Shown here: in pieces, positions 45,674-54,233 of the stretch | How the letters are laid out: each line of letters starts with the position of its first letter | How positions within the stretch are numbered: the first letter of the stretch is position 1 | Source: a virus | IMG/VR virus record: IMGVR_UViG_3300027970_000001 | Coordinates: 64,001 to 128,000 of that record | Reading direction: 5' to 3' (one strand) | Length of the DNA: 64,000 bases | Program-made: the position numbers and the translations under genes | The notes under the pieces: model-generated | The model's database searches: none | What the model was told of the DNA's origin: nothing | Seen by the model: the letters and a program-made list of their open reading frames with translations, nothing else

Positions 45674-46327
45674 CTATGCGTCTGACGGGGCAGGGATATC
45701 GGACGGGGCCCACGCCATCGAGAACTCCCGATCTCGGAACATCTCCGCGATGCCGGTGATTTGCCTCAGACGAAGCACCTCGTCCGGGTCCATCCCCAGC
45801 TCTTTCGAGATCTTCGCCTCGTCCCACCCCCGCTTCACCAACTCCGCCACGATGCTCGACATCTGCTCGACGCCATGCTTGCCTCGCGCGCGGTTGTGCC
45901 TGATGGTCGATGCCATCCGGTCATGCACGCCAACCCTGTCTGACCGAATCTGAACAATCGGCAGGTAGCCGCCCAGTTTGTCTTTGATCGGCCCCTTCTC
46001 TTTGCCAACGCACGACCGGTGGAAGCCGTCGACCACCTCGAAGCCGGTCGCCTCCTTGTTCACGACCACAGGCTGCGTGTATCCGTCTGATTCCACGGAC
46101 AGGCGAAGCAGGTCCATCTCCGGTGCGGCGACGCTGTTCGGATTATACGCGTTCGCCACAACCTCGGTCCCACGCACCCAAAGCACACAATCGACCGGCT
46201 CGGCAGCGAAAGGAGAGTGCTCCGAGAGGGCCTGCCTGATCTGATTGATGGCGTCGATGCGATCTGCCGTCGGCAGCTCACCGAGCTTCGCAAACAGCTC
46301 CCGGGCCTGAGCTACAAGATGTTCCAT
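45674..46327 (-). CDS. ibrB: IbrB/YbdM-like ParB-domain protein
   Basis: ANAYNPNSVAAPEMDLLRLSVESDGYTQPVV...VVDGFHR...RMASTIRHNRARGKH...ELGMDPDEVLRLRQITG. Confidence 0.88.
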   Translation of the reverse strand: MEHLVAQARELFAKLGELPTADRIDAINQIRQALSEHSPFAAEPVDCVLWVRGTEVVANAYNPNSVAAPEMDLLRLSVESDGYTQPVVVNKEATGFEVVDGFHRSCVGKEKGPIKDKLGGYLPIVQIRSDRVGVHDRMASTIRHNRARGKHGVEQMSSIVAELVKRGWDEAKISKELGMDPDEVLRLRQITGIAEMFRDREFSMAWAPSDIPAPSDA

Positions 46328-47526
46328 TCCACCCTCTTCCGCTTCATGCGGTCCATGTACGTGTCGTAGGCGCCCGACTTGTGCTGAGCGAATCCAAGGC
46401 CCTTGCACCACCAGTCGTTGCGCAAGATCGTCTTGCATACCCGTCGCCACGAGGGCGCCTTGCGGCTCGCTTCTTCCGCAGGAGGCGCCGTGTCAGGGAT
46501 GCCTTCGGGGTACCCACGCGCCTCGTACCACCTGATGAAAACAGAGATTTTGCTGCGGTAGTGCTCGGATGCGTGAGGAGGCAGGGACTCCAGCAGTGAC
46601 ATGGCGAAGTCTTTGTAGGACACGCACGACTCGGGCAGGCTGACAGCCCCGACGCCGTTGACGTTTCCCTTCTCCTTCACGTACAGCGCGCCTCCGTTGA
46701 CGCCAGCGACACGAGCCACGACGCGCGCCCAAGTTGCAGGCTCCATGATGTGGTAGAGCCACAGGCCCTTGCGCTGGTCGTCGCCGTAGGGCTGGCAGAT
46801 GCGCATCTGGTGCGGCGTCAGGCCAGCGGCGAACATCAGGTCGTAGACCTTGTTGTACGGGGCTCCGGTGACCGCGTGGTAGTGCCAGATGTCGTCAACG
46901 TGCCAGTCATAGATCGGATACGCGTTGTAGGCGTTCTCAGACAGCCTCGTCGTCCAGCACAGGCCCTCGTGCGTCTCCTTTTCATCAGAGGCGATGGTTC
47001 TGAAACGGTTGATTGACTCGTCCGTTCGGATGCCGACGAAACACGCCGTGTGCTTTCCATGCGCGTACCACTCGCCAAAATCAGCGATCAGGTCTTCAAA
47101 CTCCATCCCCCGCTTGAACCAGGGGAAGGTGCCCTCGTCCGTGATTGCGACACTCGGCGGCTGCCTGACCCACTTGTCCTTGGCAGACGGATCCCAGCAC
47201 GTCCACTTCGGCTCGAACACGCTCACCCCGTTGCGCAGGCCAATGGGCAGCGCAAGCCAGTACGGATCGACGATGTCGGCGTTCTTCTCGTAGCAGGACA
47301 AGACGAAGTCGACGGTGGCGGTGTACTGAGCTTCCAGGTCGATGAACAGCAAGCCGACCTTGCGCGACCTGGCCCGCGCCTCTTCCAGCACGAGGGCGAG
47401 CATGACCGTCGAGTCCTTGCCGCCAGAAAACGAGACGTAGATGCGCTCGAAGTCGTCGAATACCCTTGAAATCCTGCTCTTGGCGGCCGTCAGCACGTCA
47501 ACATCAAGCTGAGCCTTCTTCTTCAA
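46312..47526 (-). CDS. ibrA: IbrA/YbdN-like PAPS-reductase-domain protein with DUF3440
   Basis: SFSGGKDS, FIDLEAQY, VGIRTDES..R, YPIYDW, RICQPYGDDQRKGL, CKTILRNDWWCKGLGF. Confidence 0.9.
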   Translation of the reverse strand: MKKKAQLDVDVLTAAKSRISRVFDDFERIYVSFSGGKDSTVMLALVLEEARARSRKVGLLFIDLEAQYTATVDFVLSCYEKNADIVDPYWLALPIGLRNGVSVFEPKWTCWDPSAKDKWVRQPPSVAITDEGTFPWFKRGMEFEDLIADFGEWYAHGKHTACFVGIRTDESINRFRTIASDEKETHEGLCWTTRLSENAYNAYPIYDWHVDDIWHYHAVTGAPYNKVYDLMFAAGLTPHQMRICQPYGDDQRKGLWLYHIMEPATWARVVARVAGVNGGALYVKEKGNVNGVGAVSLPESCVSYKDFAMSLLESLPPHASEHYRSKISVFIRWYEARGYPEGIPDTAPPAEEASRKAPSWRRVCKTILRNDWWCKGLGFAQHKSGAYDTYMDRMKRKRVEWNIL

Positions 47527-49157
47527 GAGGGCGCCCCCTGAGACATCTCAAGGAAGAGCAGCGACGCGTCGGTCGCCGTGAGATAGTCCGCGGTCTTGAT
47601 GCGGTGCAGGAGCCCGTGGATGGCCCGCTTGTCGGCGCCTGGTGCGTAGCTTGCGCAAGCGAGGTCTGCTTCGACGCCCTTGACGATCAGGTATGGCCGC
47701 ACGGAGCGCAGGAAATCTGGCACATGAGCCTGGAGGATGCCGAAGGAGTGGAACGGCCGCGCCTCTCCGACGGGTGGCCGCGTGGTCACAGTCGTGCAGA
47801 TGGAGGGCCCGATGACCAGCCGCATGTCTTCGAGGGCATCGCGGTCTGCGGCGCCGAACACGACGGCCGTCTGGAAATACTCCGACTTGCCCCTGGCCTC
47901 CCTGAGCATGACGATGCTTCCATCTCCGTCGAGCATTCCAGCGAGCCACGCGCGGTGAGCCGACGACGGCTCGTGGGGCACCGCGGGGCGTCCGGCGATC
48001 TCTGCCGCCCTGGATCTTGCTTCGGAGTCGCCCTTCTTGATCTGGCTGGAGAGGCGTTGGATCTCGAAGTCAGCTTCCGTGGCTCGGTAGTGCGCAGCGT
48101 GAGCAGACCTGTTTGCGATCTCCAGGGCCAAGTACGCCTCCAGCCGCTTGCCGCGAAGCAAGGGGGCCAGGGCTCCAAGAAGCAGGCGTACCTTGTCCTT
48201 CCCAGACACGGTAATGGAGTAGAACTCCCTCTGCGACATCCGTTCGCTCGCTTTTGGAGCGCGGACGTTCATCGTCGGCGTGGATCCGATGATGCCGGTG
48301 ACGATCTGCGAGACGCGATCCATCGCAGGGCGGTTCACCAGGCCCACGGTCACGGTCACGATGACGTTGTTCGGACGGCTGGTATGCCGACGGATGTGGA
48401 AGCACCCCTCGGCATCCATCAATCCAGCGAACCATGCCATGTCGGCGTCGGTGTCCCCCATGGGGGAAGGACGTAACACCGAAGGTTGCAAACCGCAAGG
48501 GGCGTCTGTTTGCCGGGGGACCTTTCGCGGCTCACGAAGTGGCGGCCGGAACCCGGTTGCGAGCAACTGACGCCACTTGAAGGAATCGAGCCACTCGCCA
48601 AGGCGGACGACATCCGACTGATGGTTTACCGACACGTTCCATGTGCCGGACTTTTTCCCAAACCGCATTGTGGCAGTAATGCCTTGCGATTCGATCTGCT
48701 GCTTGACCCATGTCGACAGCACGGTGTCTTTTTGCGAGAAGACAAACAATCCCCAGCGTTTTCCTGGGTATCTGGCGTCTTTTCTCACCGTGAAGCAGCC
48801 ATCCGTCTCGACAAGTCCGCGAAGGAACTGACGACGGAACTCTGGCGAGTCGTTCACCCAGGCCGGCGGAACCATCGAACCGTCAGGAGACCTTTTGGAG
48901 GAGACCCCAAACACATCATGGACGTTTCTGACGTTGATGTAAATCTCGAAGAACGGTGTTTTTGTGGTCCTTTTCTGGCACTCGTTGAACCTGCCGAAGA
49001 CGACCGTGAACAGGCGTTTTATCTCAGCCCTCCACGCCGGATACTTGTCGCCGGAGCACATGGCGACGCGGTACGTGGACGCGCGCGGCACCGGGGTGAT
49101 GTAGCCATCGCCGTAGATTGCCCCGAGCAGAAGGGCCAAGTCGGCCGATGCAATCAT
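47523..49157 (-). CDS. free-standing LAGLIDADG homing endonuclease with four motifs
   Basis: LLGAIYGDGYI, FLRGLVETDGCF, WFAGLMDAEGCF, WLAGMLDGDGSI; no intein termini. Confidence 0.85.
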   Translation of the reverse strand: MIASADLALLLGAIYGDGYITPVPRASTYRVAMCSGDKYPAWRAEIKRLFTVVFGRFNECQKRTTKTPFFEIYINVRNVHDVFGVSSKRSPDGSMVPPAWVNDSPEFRRQFLRGLVETDGCFTVRKDARYPGKRWGLFVFSQKDTVLSTWVKQQIESQGITATMRFGKKSGTWNVSVNHQSDVVRLGEWLDSFKWRQLLATGFRPPLREPRKVPRQTDAPCGLQPSVLRPSPMGDTDADMAWFAGLMDAEGCFHIRRHTSRPNNVIVTVTVGLVNRPAMDRVSQIVTGIIGSTPTMNVRAPKASERMSQREFYSITVSGKDKVRLLLGALAPLLRGKRLEAYLALEIANRSAHAAHYRATEADFEIQRLSSQIKKGDSEARSRAAEIAGRPAVPHEPSSAHRAWLAGMLDGDGSIVMLREARGKSEYFQTAVVFGAADRDALEDMRLVIGPSICTTVTTRPPVGEARPFHSFGILQAHVPDFLRSVRPYLIVKGVEADLACASYAPGADKRAIHGLLHRIKTADYLTATDASLLFLEMSQGAPS

Positions 49158-49164
49158 GCCGCGC

Positions 49165-49193
49165 ACGCTACAAGCGATGCGGCGAGAGGTCAA
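49165..49193 (-). promoter_or_regulatory. sigma70-type promoter of the endonuclease gene (leaderless)
   Basis: TTGACC-17 nt-TAGCGT-7 nt-ATG. Confidence 0.7.
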
Positions 49194-49198
49194 CGCGG

Positions 49199-49237
49199 CA
49201 AAAGCAAAGCGCCCCCTCGGTTGCCCGAGGAGGCGCT
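49199..49237 (-). terminator. intrinsic terminator after the putative major capsid gene
   Basis: AGCGCCTCCTCGG-GCAA-CCGAGGGGGCGCT, a 13-bp stem followed by TTGCTTTT. Confidence 0.85.
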
Positions 49238-49273
49238 CTCTGACAGCGCTGTTAGGCGGCTGCCGCCGACGAC

Positions 49274-50068
49274 TCAGAGGACGTCGCGCGAGTGGATGCC
49301 GTCGATGAGGTACTTGATGTCCTTCTCGATGTCATCCGAGCCCTGGACCGACACGCCGGTGCCGGCGCCGTAGCCCACGTCGGTCGTCGGCGCGTTCTGG
49401 CCGATCGAGCCGGCGGGGCCGTTGTCCGGCACGAGGCCGTTGAGCTGCTCGATGATCGACGCGCCGACCGTCTGCCCGATGGGCGACAGGATCGCGACGA
49501 CCTGGAAGCCCTGGCGGGGCGGGATCAGGACCGGACGGGCCAGCCGCATGAGCGCCGACGACGTCGGAACGCCGTTGTTCGCGCGGGGCAGGCGGGTGTC
49601 CGCGAAGAAGCCGTCCAGGCCACCAGCGAACGGCGTGTACGCCGTGAAGGTGGTGAGCTGGGGCTTGTCACCGGCCGTGAGCTGCCAGAAGATCTGGTTC
49701 TCGGCCTGGTGGTACAGCTTGTGGACGCGCAGGACGCGGTCGGGGACCGTGCCGTTGACCGCCGAAGCGAGCGGCGCCGACGCGTTCGCGGCGCCGATGT
49801 TGTACTGCGCTTCCAGGTTGACCCGGAAGTACGTCCAGACGCGGACCGCGAGGGTCACGAAGGTCTGGTCGGAGGGGAAGAACCCGCCGGTGGTCAGGTT
49901 CGAGATGGAGACATCCGCACCCTGACGGGTGAAGAGCTGCATCCGGCCCTGCATCGCGCCGAAGAGACCGGCGTTGCGGCTGCGGAGGTTCTGATTGCCA
50001 TCCACGCGGATGAGCGAATCGTAGAAGGGCTGATGAACGCGCTCTCGGGTACCAACGATCTTCGGCAT
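49274..50068 (-). CDS. putative major capsid protein (jelly-roll type, inferred)
   Basis: 264 aa and beta-rich (RERVHQPFYDSL...SNLTTGG.FPSDQTFVTLAVRV...RLARPVLIPPRQGFQV...YLIDGIHSRDV). Codons end almost exclusively in G/C; structured leader and its own terminator. Confidence 0.55.
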   Translation of the reverse strand: MPKIVGTRERVHQPFYDSLIRVDGNQNLRSRNAGLFGAMQGRMQLFTRQGADVSISNLTTGGFFPSDQTFVTLAVRVWTYFRVNLEAQYNIGAANASAPLASAVNGTVPDRVLRVHKLYHQAENQIFWQLTAGDKPQLTTFTAYTPFAGGLDGFFADTRLPRANNGVPTSSALMRLARPVLIPPRQGFQVVAILSPIGQTVGASIIEQLNGLVPDNGPAGSIGQNAPTTDVGYGAGTGVSVQGSDDIEKDIKYLIDGIHSRDVL

Positions 50069-50261
50069 TGTCGTGTCTCTCTCAATGTCCTCGGTGAAGA
50101 CGCCTAAACAGGTTTATTCCGTCACCGAGTTAGCTCGTCCGCTGGGCGAGCACCCCGCTAGTTATCGTCACCCAGCCTCACCATGAGGAGAGTGACTGCG
50201 ACCCGATTCCCCGTAGCGGTACAGGGTTTTCGCCGGCCAAGCTATCGGGTCGCAGAGCTTT
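50069..50261 (-). promoter_or_regulatory. structured intergenic leader of the putative capsid gene
   Basis: 12-bp perfect stem 50196-50207 / 50244-50255 plus CCTCA/TGAGG and GCTCG/CGAGC hairpins. Confidence 0.5.
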
Positions 50262-50960
50262 TCAAAGTCCCGGGGTCGTAAACAGGTTCCGGGAGAAACT
50301 GCCGCCAGTCCAAAGCGGCTCTTGCGTGAACGGGATCGAGACCTTCTTGAACTCGGGCCAGTTCGTGGCAGGGACCGCGACGTCCGTCGGGATCACCGTG
50401 CTGAAAGCTTCGGGCTGGCTCTCCAGACCGAACGCCGAGACCTCATCGTTGCTACCAAGTCCCAGCATGCCCTTGTACGGAGCACCATAGTGACTGATAT
50501 CATACCCGATGCCAAGTCCCAAACTGCTCGGGCCGTAATATTGTCCAACGCCGCTCGTCGCGGGGGGCGAAACGGGGGCCGGCGTCGTGAGCGACGCGTT
50601 GACCTCGGCCTGCGCCACCTTGGTGAACTGCTGGAGGAGCGGAAGCGCCGCCGCCATCGTCGAGCCCACCAGGATTGCTTGAAGCGACTCCGCCACAAGG
50701 GACTCCTTGGACGTGTCGGCGAACCAGAGGGCCGTCAGCGAGGCCGCAACGGCCGCCGTGGTCACACCCGCCTGCTCGCTCTCACCCACAACCGGAAACT
50801 TGCTCTCGGCAACAAGGCCACCGGCCCACTTGGTGGCCAGGTAGGCAACGCTGCCCATGCTCACAGGCAGGAGAACCTCGCTGATGAGATCCTTGCCGAA
50901 CACCGGGTTCCGACGCATCTCGCGACGCGCGCGGCGAATGTTACGACGATTGGACTTCAT
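50262..50960 (-). CDS. putative virion membrane/core protein, paralog of the C-terminal part of 50992-53664
   Basis: Basic leader ending MRRNP, hydrophobic helices, STVIPTDVAVP; AGGAG SD. Confidence 0.65.
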   Translation of the reverse strand: MKSNRRNIRRARREMRRNPVFGKDLISEVLLPVSMGSVAYLATKWAGGLVAESKFPVVGESEQAGVTTAAVAASLTALWFADTSKESLVAESLQAILVGSTMAAALPLLQQFTKVAQAEVNASLTTPAPVSPPATSGVGQYYGPSSLGLGIGYDISHYGAPYKGMLGLGSNDEVSAFGLESQPEAFSTVIPTDVAVPATNWPEFKKVSIPFTQEPLWTGGSFSRNLFTTPGL

Positions 50961-50991
50961 GGTCTGGTTCTCCTGCCTATTCGCTTTCAGA

Positions 50992-53664
50992 TCAGAGGCC
51001 GCTCATGCCCGAGAAGATGGTCCCCGAGAAGAGACCCGACTCGTAGCCGCGCGACTCGGGCGTGACGATCGAGGTCTTGACCTTGCGGTCGTAGGGGATC
51101 GTCTTGGACACGGGCTCAGCGATGTCCGTCGGGATGACGGTCGACTCGAAGCCCACGGGGTTCCGGTTGTACATGGCCTCAAGCGACGCGTCCGCCTCGC
51201 CCTCGCCATACGCCACCGGAAGGACCTCGCCCATGCCGGCGGCGGCCTCGTTGAAGCCAGCGGCGGCTTCCATCGCGTCCATCAGGCCATCGGCGCCGGC
51301 CGCGGCGTAGAACGTCCCCATGCCGCTCATCGGCTGATTCACGTACTCGCCGATGCCCGCCGTCGCGTACTCGGTCCCCAGGCCGCTCATCGGCTGGTTG
51401 ACGTACTCGCCCACGCCCGCCGCAGCGTACATCGTGCCGAGGCCGCTCATCGGCTGGTTGACGTACTCGCCCACGCCCGCCGCAGCGTACATCGTGCCGA
51501 GGCCGTTCATCGGCTGATTCACGTACTCGCCGAAGCCGCTCATCGGCTGGTTGACGTACTCGCCCAATCCGGCGAGCGACTGCGCCCACGGCTGCGTCGG
51601 AGCAAGGCGCGCGAGGGCCATGCCCGCGAGCGACGCGCCCATGCCGGCCAGCGAGTAGCCGACGACCTGGCGGAACATCGCCGCGTTCTCGTCGGTGCCC
51701 TTGATCATCGGAAGCGCCGCCGCAGTGGCCGCGATGCCGACCGCGTTGGTCGCCATGCGGGTCTTCCACGCCGCATCCGCCGCCACGCCGCGATCAAGCA
51801 GGTTGCGGACGCCCTCGGACGAGGCCGCCGCGCCAGCGAGCACGCGAGCGATGATGACGCCCGAAAGCACGCCCACGCCCGGGACGAGGATCCCGCTCAC
51901 CACCGGCGTGCCGGCGATGGCAAGAGCGTTCCGGCGAAGCCGACGGTGGCCCTTGCGGCTGCTGCGACGATTCATGACGACGTACTTCGGGTTCTTCTTC
52001 ACGGCCTTCTTGCTCGTACGCTTGGAGGTCTTCTTGCGCTTCGGCGCCATCAGGCGCGAGGCGAGCCAGCCGCGGCGCTCGCCAGCGGGCATGCTGTGCA
52101 GGGCCTGGGCCGCGCCGCCGAACTTGAACCGCCGGATCGCCGCGTGCGGCAGGACCTGCGGAGACATCAGGACCGGGTAGCCGCCCTTGCCGTGCTTGTA
52201 CTCGATGACCTGGTGAAGCTTGCCGGACGCTCGCAGCTTGCCGCTCTTGGGAGCGCGGCTCACGCGCTGCGCCAGCACGTTCCGGCGGAGGCGACGGCTG
52301 CTCTTGCGGCTGTGCCGACGGCTGCTCTTGCGGCTGTGCCGACGGCTGCTCTTGCGGCTGTGCTTCCGCGACGTGCGGCGGCGGTTCATCACCACGTACT
52401 TCGGGTTCTTCTTCACGGCCTTCTTGCTCGTCTTCTTCGCCGAGGTCTTCTTGGCGGCGGGGGCCTGCTTGAACCTTCCGCTCATCACCAGGGGGAAGCG
52501 GGGGCCGTGCCCGAACAGGCGCGTCACGCGCGACATCGCCGGGATCTTGCCGCTGCGGAGCAGCTTCACGATCGAGGCTTCCTGACCGCGGCGGCGGCGG
52601 CCGAAAAAGCCGACCTTGCGGCTGGACTTCTTGCTGGACTTCTTGCTGGACTTCTTTGCCATGGACTTACTCTTGCTGGAGGTCTTCTTCGCCTTGGCCT
52701 TCGCCTTCGGCTTCGCCTTGCTCGTCTTGGCCTTGGCCTTCACCGTCGGCTTCGGCTTGCTCGTCTTCGCCTTGGCCTTCGCCTTCGGCTTGCTCGTCTT
52801 CGCCTTGGCCTTGGCCTTGGCCTTCGGCTTGCTGGTCTTGGGCTTGGCGGTGCGAGGGGCGCGAACGCGCTCCTTGATCTCCACTTCCACTTCCTCGACC
52901 TCAAGAGGTGCCGCCGACCGACGGCTCGACTTGACGGCCGCCCGAGCCGCAGCCATGCGCTGCTTGCTGGTCTTGGCGCGGGGGCCGGAGGGCGAGCGAT
53001 CGGCGGCCTCTAGCGCGGCCTGGCGAGCCCTTTCAGCCGGGCCCTCGTTTCCGTAGGCCATCGCACCAAAGCGAGTCGTCGCCTTGGACGGGTGAACGTA
53101 AGTGCCGCGACTCTCGGACGCCTTGCGTCGACCGGGGGAAGCGGCGGAAGCGCCCGCCGATCGCGCGTTCTGTTGCATGGCGCGACGCAGCGCCTCGATG
53201 TTGTACGCCATACCGTCATCTCCTCCGTTGCCCACAAGACGCTCAGGGTGAATCGGCTTGCCGAGCACCGTGCCCCGCTCGTCGACCGAATAGAGCCGAG
53301 CCCCCTTGAACTTGTCTGCGTTCTTCTGCCGCCACTTCGCGGCCGAGCCGACGCCTTGGTACGCGGGCGACACGTGCCGGTGCCCCATGCCGCGCCCCTC
53401 GATCCATTGGAACGGGTTCTGGCGCGGCTTGCCGGGGTTGATGACGGTCATGTGCGTCACGCCGCCGACATTGGGCTCCATGTTGTTGGACCGCTCGTAC
53501 TTGCGAGCGGACGACTTGGAGCTTTTGTTGTAGACTAGGGCCATTTTGGACGCACTTCGCCTGCTCGACCCTGTTCGCAGGCGAGGCGTGTGCCCCGGGT
53601 CTTCGAGCACAGGTTTTACCCTGCTCGCCTGCTTGGTGTCAAGCTTGATTCTGAACTTTTTCAT
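50992..53664 (-). CDS. giant histone-H1/protamine-like core protein with TM helices and repeats
   Basis: KAKAKTSKPK tracts, duplicated KKAVKKNPKYVVMNRR, RHSRKSSR x3, hydrophobic segments, EYVNQPMSGLG x5. Confidence 0.8.
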   Translation of the reverse strand: MKKFRIKLDTKQASRVKPVLEDPGHTPRLRTGSSRRSASKMALVYNKSSKSSARKYERSNNMEPNVGGVTHMTVINPGKPRQNPFQWIEGRGMGHRHVSPAYQGVGSAAKWRQKNADKFKGARLYSVDERGTVLGKPIHPERLVGNGGDDGMAYNIEALRRAMQQNARSAGASAASPGRRKASESRGTYVHPSKATTRFGAMAYGNEGPAERARQAALEAADRSPSGPRAKTSKQRMAAARAAVKSSRRSAAPLEVEEVEVEIKERVRAPRTAKPKTSKPKAKAKAKAKTSKPKAKAKAKTSKPKPTVKAKAKTSKAKPKAKAKAKKTSSKSKSMAKKSSKKSSKKSSRKVGFFGRRRRGQEASIVKLLRSGKIPAMSRVTRLFGHGPRFPLVMSGRFKQAPAAKKTSAKKTSKKAVKKNPKYVVMNRRRTSRKHSRKSSRRHSRKSSRRHSRKSSRRLRRNVLAQRVSRAPKSGKLRASGKLHQVIEYKHGKGGYPVLMSPQVLPHAAIRRFKFGGAAQALHSMPAGERRGWLASRLMAPKRKKTSKRTSKKAVKKNPKYVVMNRRSSRKGHRRLRRNALAIAGTPVVSGILVPGVGVLSGVIIARVLAGAAASSEGVRNLLDRGVAADAAWKTRMATNAVGIAATAAALPMIKGTDENAAMFRQVVGYSLAGMGASLAGMALARLAPTQPWAQSLAGLGEYVNQPMSGFGEYVNQPMNGLGTMYAAAGVGEYVNQPMSGLGTMYAAAGVGEYVNQPMSGLGTEYATAGIGEYVNQPMSGMGTFYAAAGADGLMDAMEAAAGFNEAAAGMGEVLPVAYGEGEADASLEAMYNRNPVGFESTVIPTDIAEPVSKTIPYDRKVKTSIVTPESRGYESGLFSGTIFSGMSGL
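51301..51567. repeat. coding tandem repeat (60-bp period, five core copies)
   Basis: gccgctcatcggctggttgacgtactcgccc at about 51323, 51382, 51442, 51502 and 51535. Confidence 0.9.
52292..52363. repeat. 24-bp coding tandem repeat x3
   Basis: cgacggctgctcttgcggctgtgc, encoding HSRKSSRR. Confidence 0.9.
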
Positions 53665-53894
53665 CCAGCGCGCTTCGTCTTGCCGGCGGAGATGGCGGCG
53701 GCCTGGTTTTCGATGGTGGCGCACGCTTGGTTCAGCTCGCTGAACCGCTCCATCATGGCGACGCGTGCGGCTTCGAGGGCCGCCTCAAGAAGAGCTGTGG
53801 TTTCATCCACGTGCATCGGAACCGGGGCACCGGGGCGGTACGAAGACCGGATCTGATTCAACAAAGCATCTCGTCTTGAAAGATTGGAGCGCAT
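53661..53894 (-). CDS. hypothetical protein
   Basis: ATGA overlap with the downstream gene. Confidence 0.5.
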   Translation of the reverse strand: MRSNLSRRDALLNQIRSSYRPGAPVPMHVDETTALLEAALEAARVAMMERFSELNQACATIENQAAAISAGKTKRAG

Positions 53895-53915
53895 GGTGTT
53901 TACCCCCTTGGACTG

Positions 53916-54233
53916 TCACTTGTCTTCGAGTCGGGCTACGGCCGTGGCCAAGTCTGCAACGGCGCGGCTGAGCCTGTTCTGAGCGGACAGGGACTCCTCT
54001 TGCATCTGCATCAGAGTCACGATCGTCTTCTGGGTATCCTCGACGCGAGCATCGTTGGCCCTGACGAGGTCTCTGCGAAGGCTGGCGATCTCAAAGTTCA
54101 TTTCGGCGCGGAGCTTGTCCTCGCGCTTGTATTGGTTGTTGATTGTCCACCAGTAGAGCAAGGCCAGGGCAACAAGGGATGCCCCGACTGGCCCGTCACT
54201 CATGAGGATGCCCAACGCCTGATCGATGATCAT
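53916..54233 (-). CDS. holin-like small membrane protein
   Basis: One TM (GASLVALALLYWW) followed by a coiled coil; BhlA-like architecture. Confidence 0.45.
   Translation of the reverse strand: MIIDQALGILMSDGPVGASLVALALLYWWTINNQYKREDKLRAEMNFEIASLRRDLVRANDARVEDTQKTIVTLMQMQEESLSAQNRLSRAVADLATAVARLEDK

Noticed and set aside
47523-49193. Intein or group I intron hosting the LAGLIDADG ORF
   Set aside because: No N-terminal Cys/Ser block or C-terminal His-Asn; flanking genes are uninterrupted; the ORF has its own promoter.
50208-50243. GGCGAAAACCC...GGGA resembles c-di-GMP-I riboswitch P2
   Set aside because: Lacks the GGGACGCAAAGC continuation and the P1/P3 architecture; kept only as a generic structured leader.
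51301-51567. CRISPR-like periodic repeats
   Set aside because: Repeats are in-frame coding units with near-identical intervening sequence; there are no unique spacers and no cas genes.
50857-53013. 718-aa plus-strand ORF and similar long antisense ORFs (43797-45659, 37866-39236, 36756-37796 and others)
   Set aside because: Shadow ORFs of GC-rich minus-strand genes; no motifs, SD sites or sensible composition.
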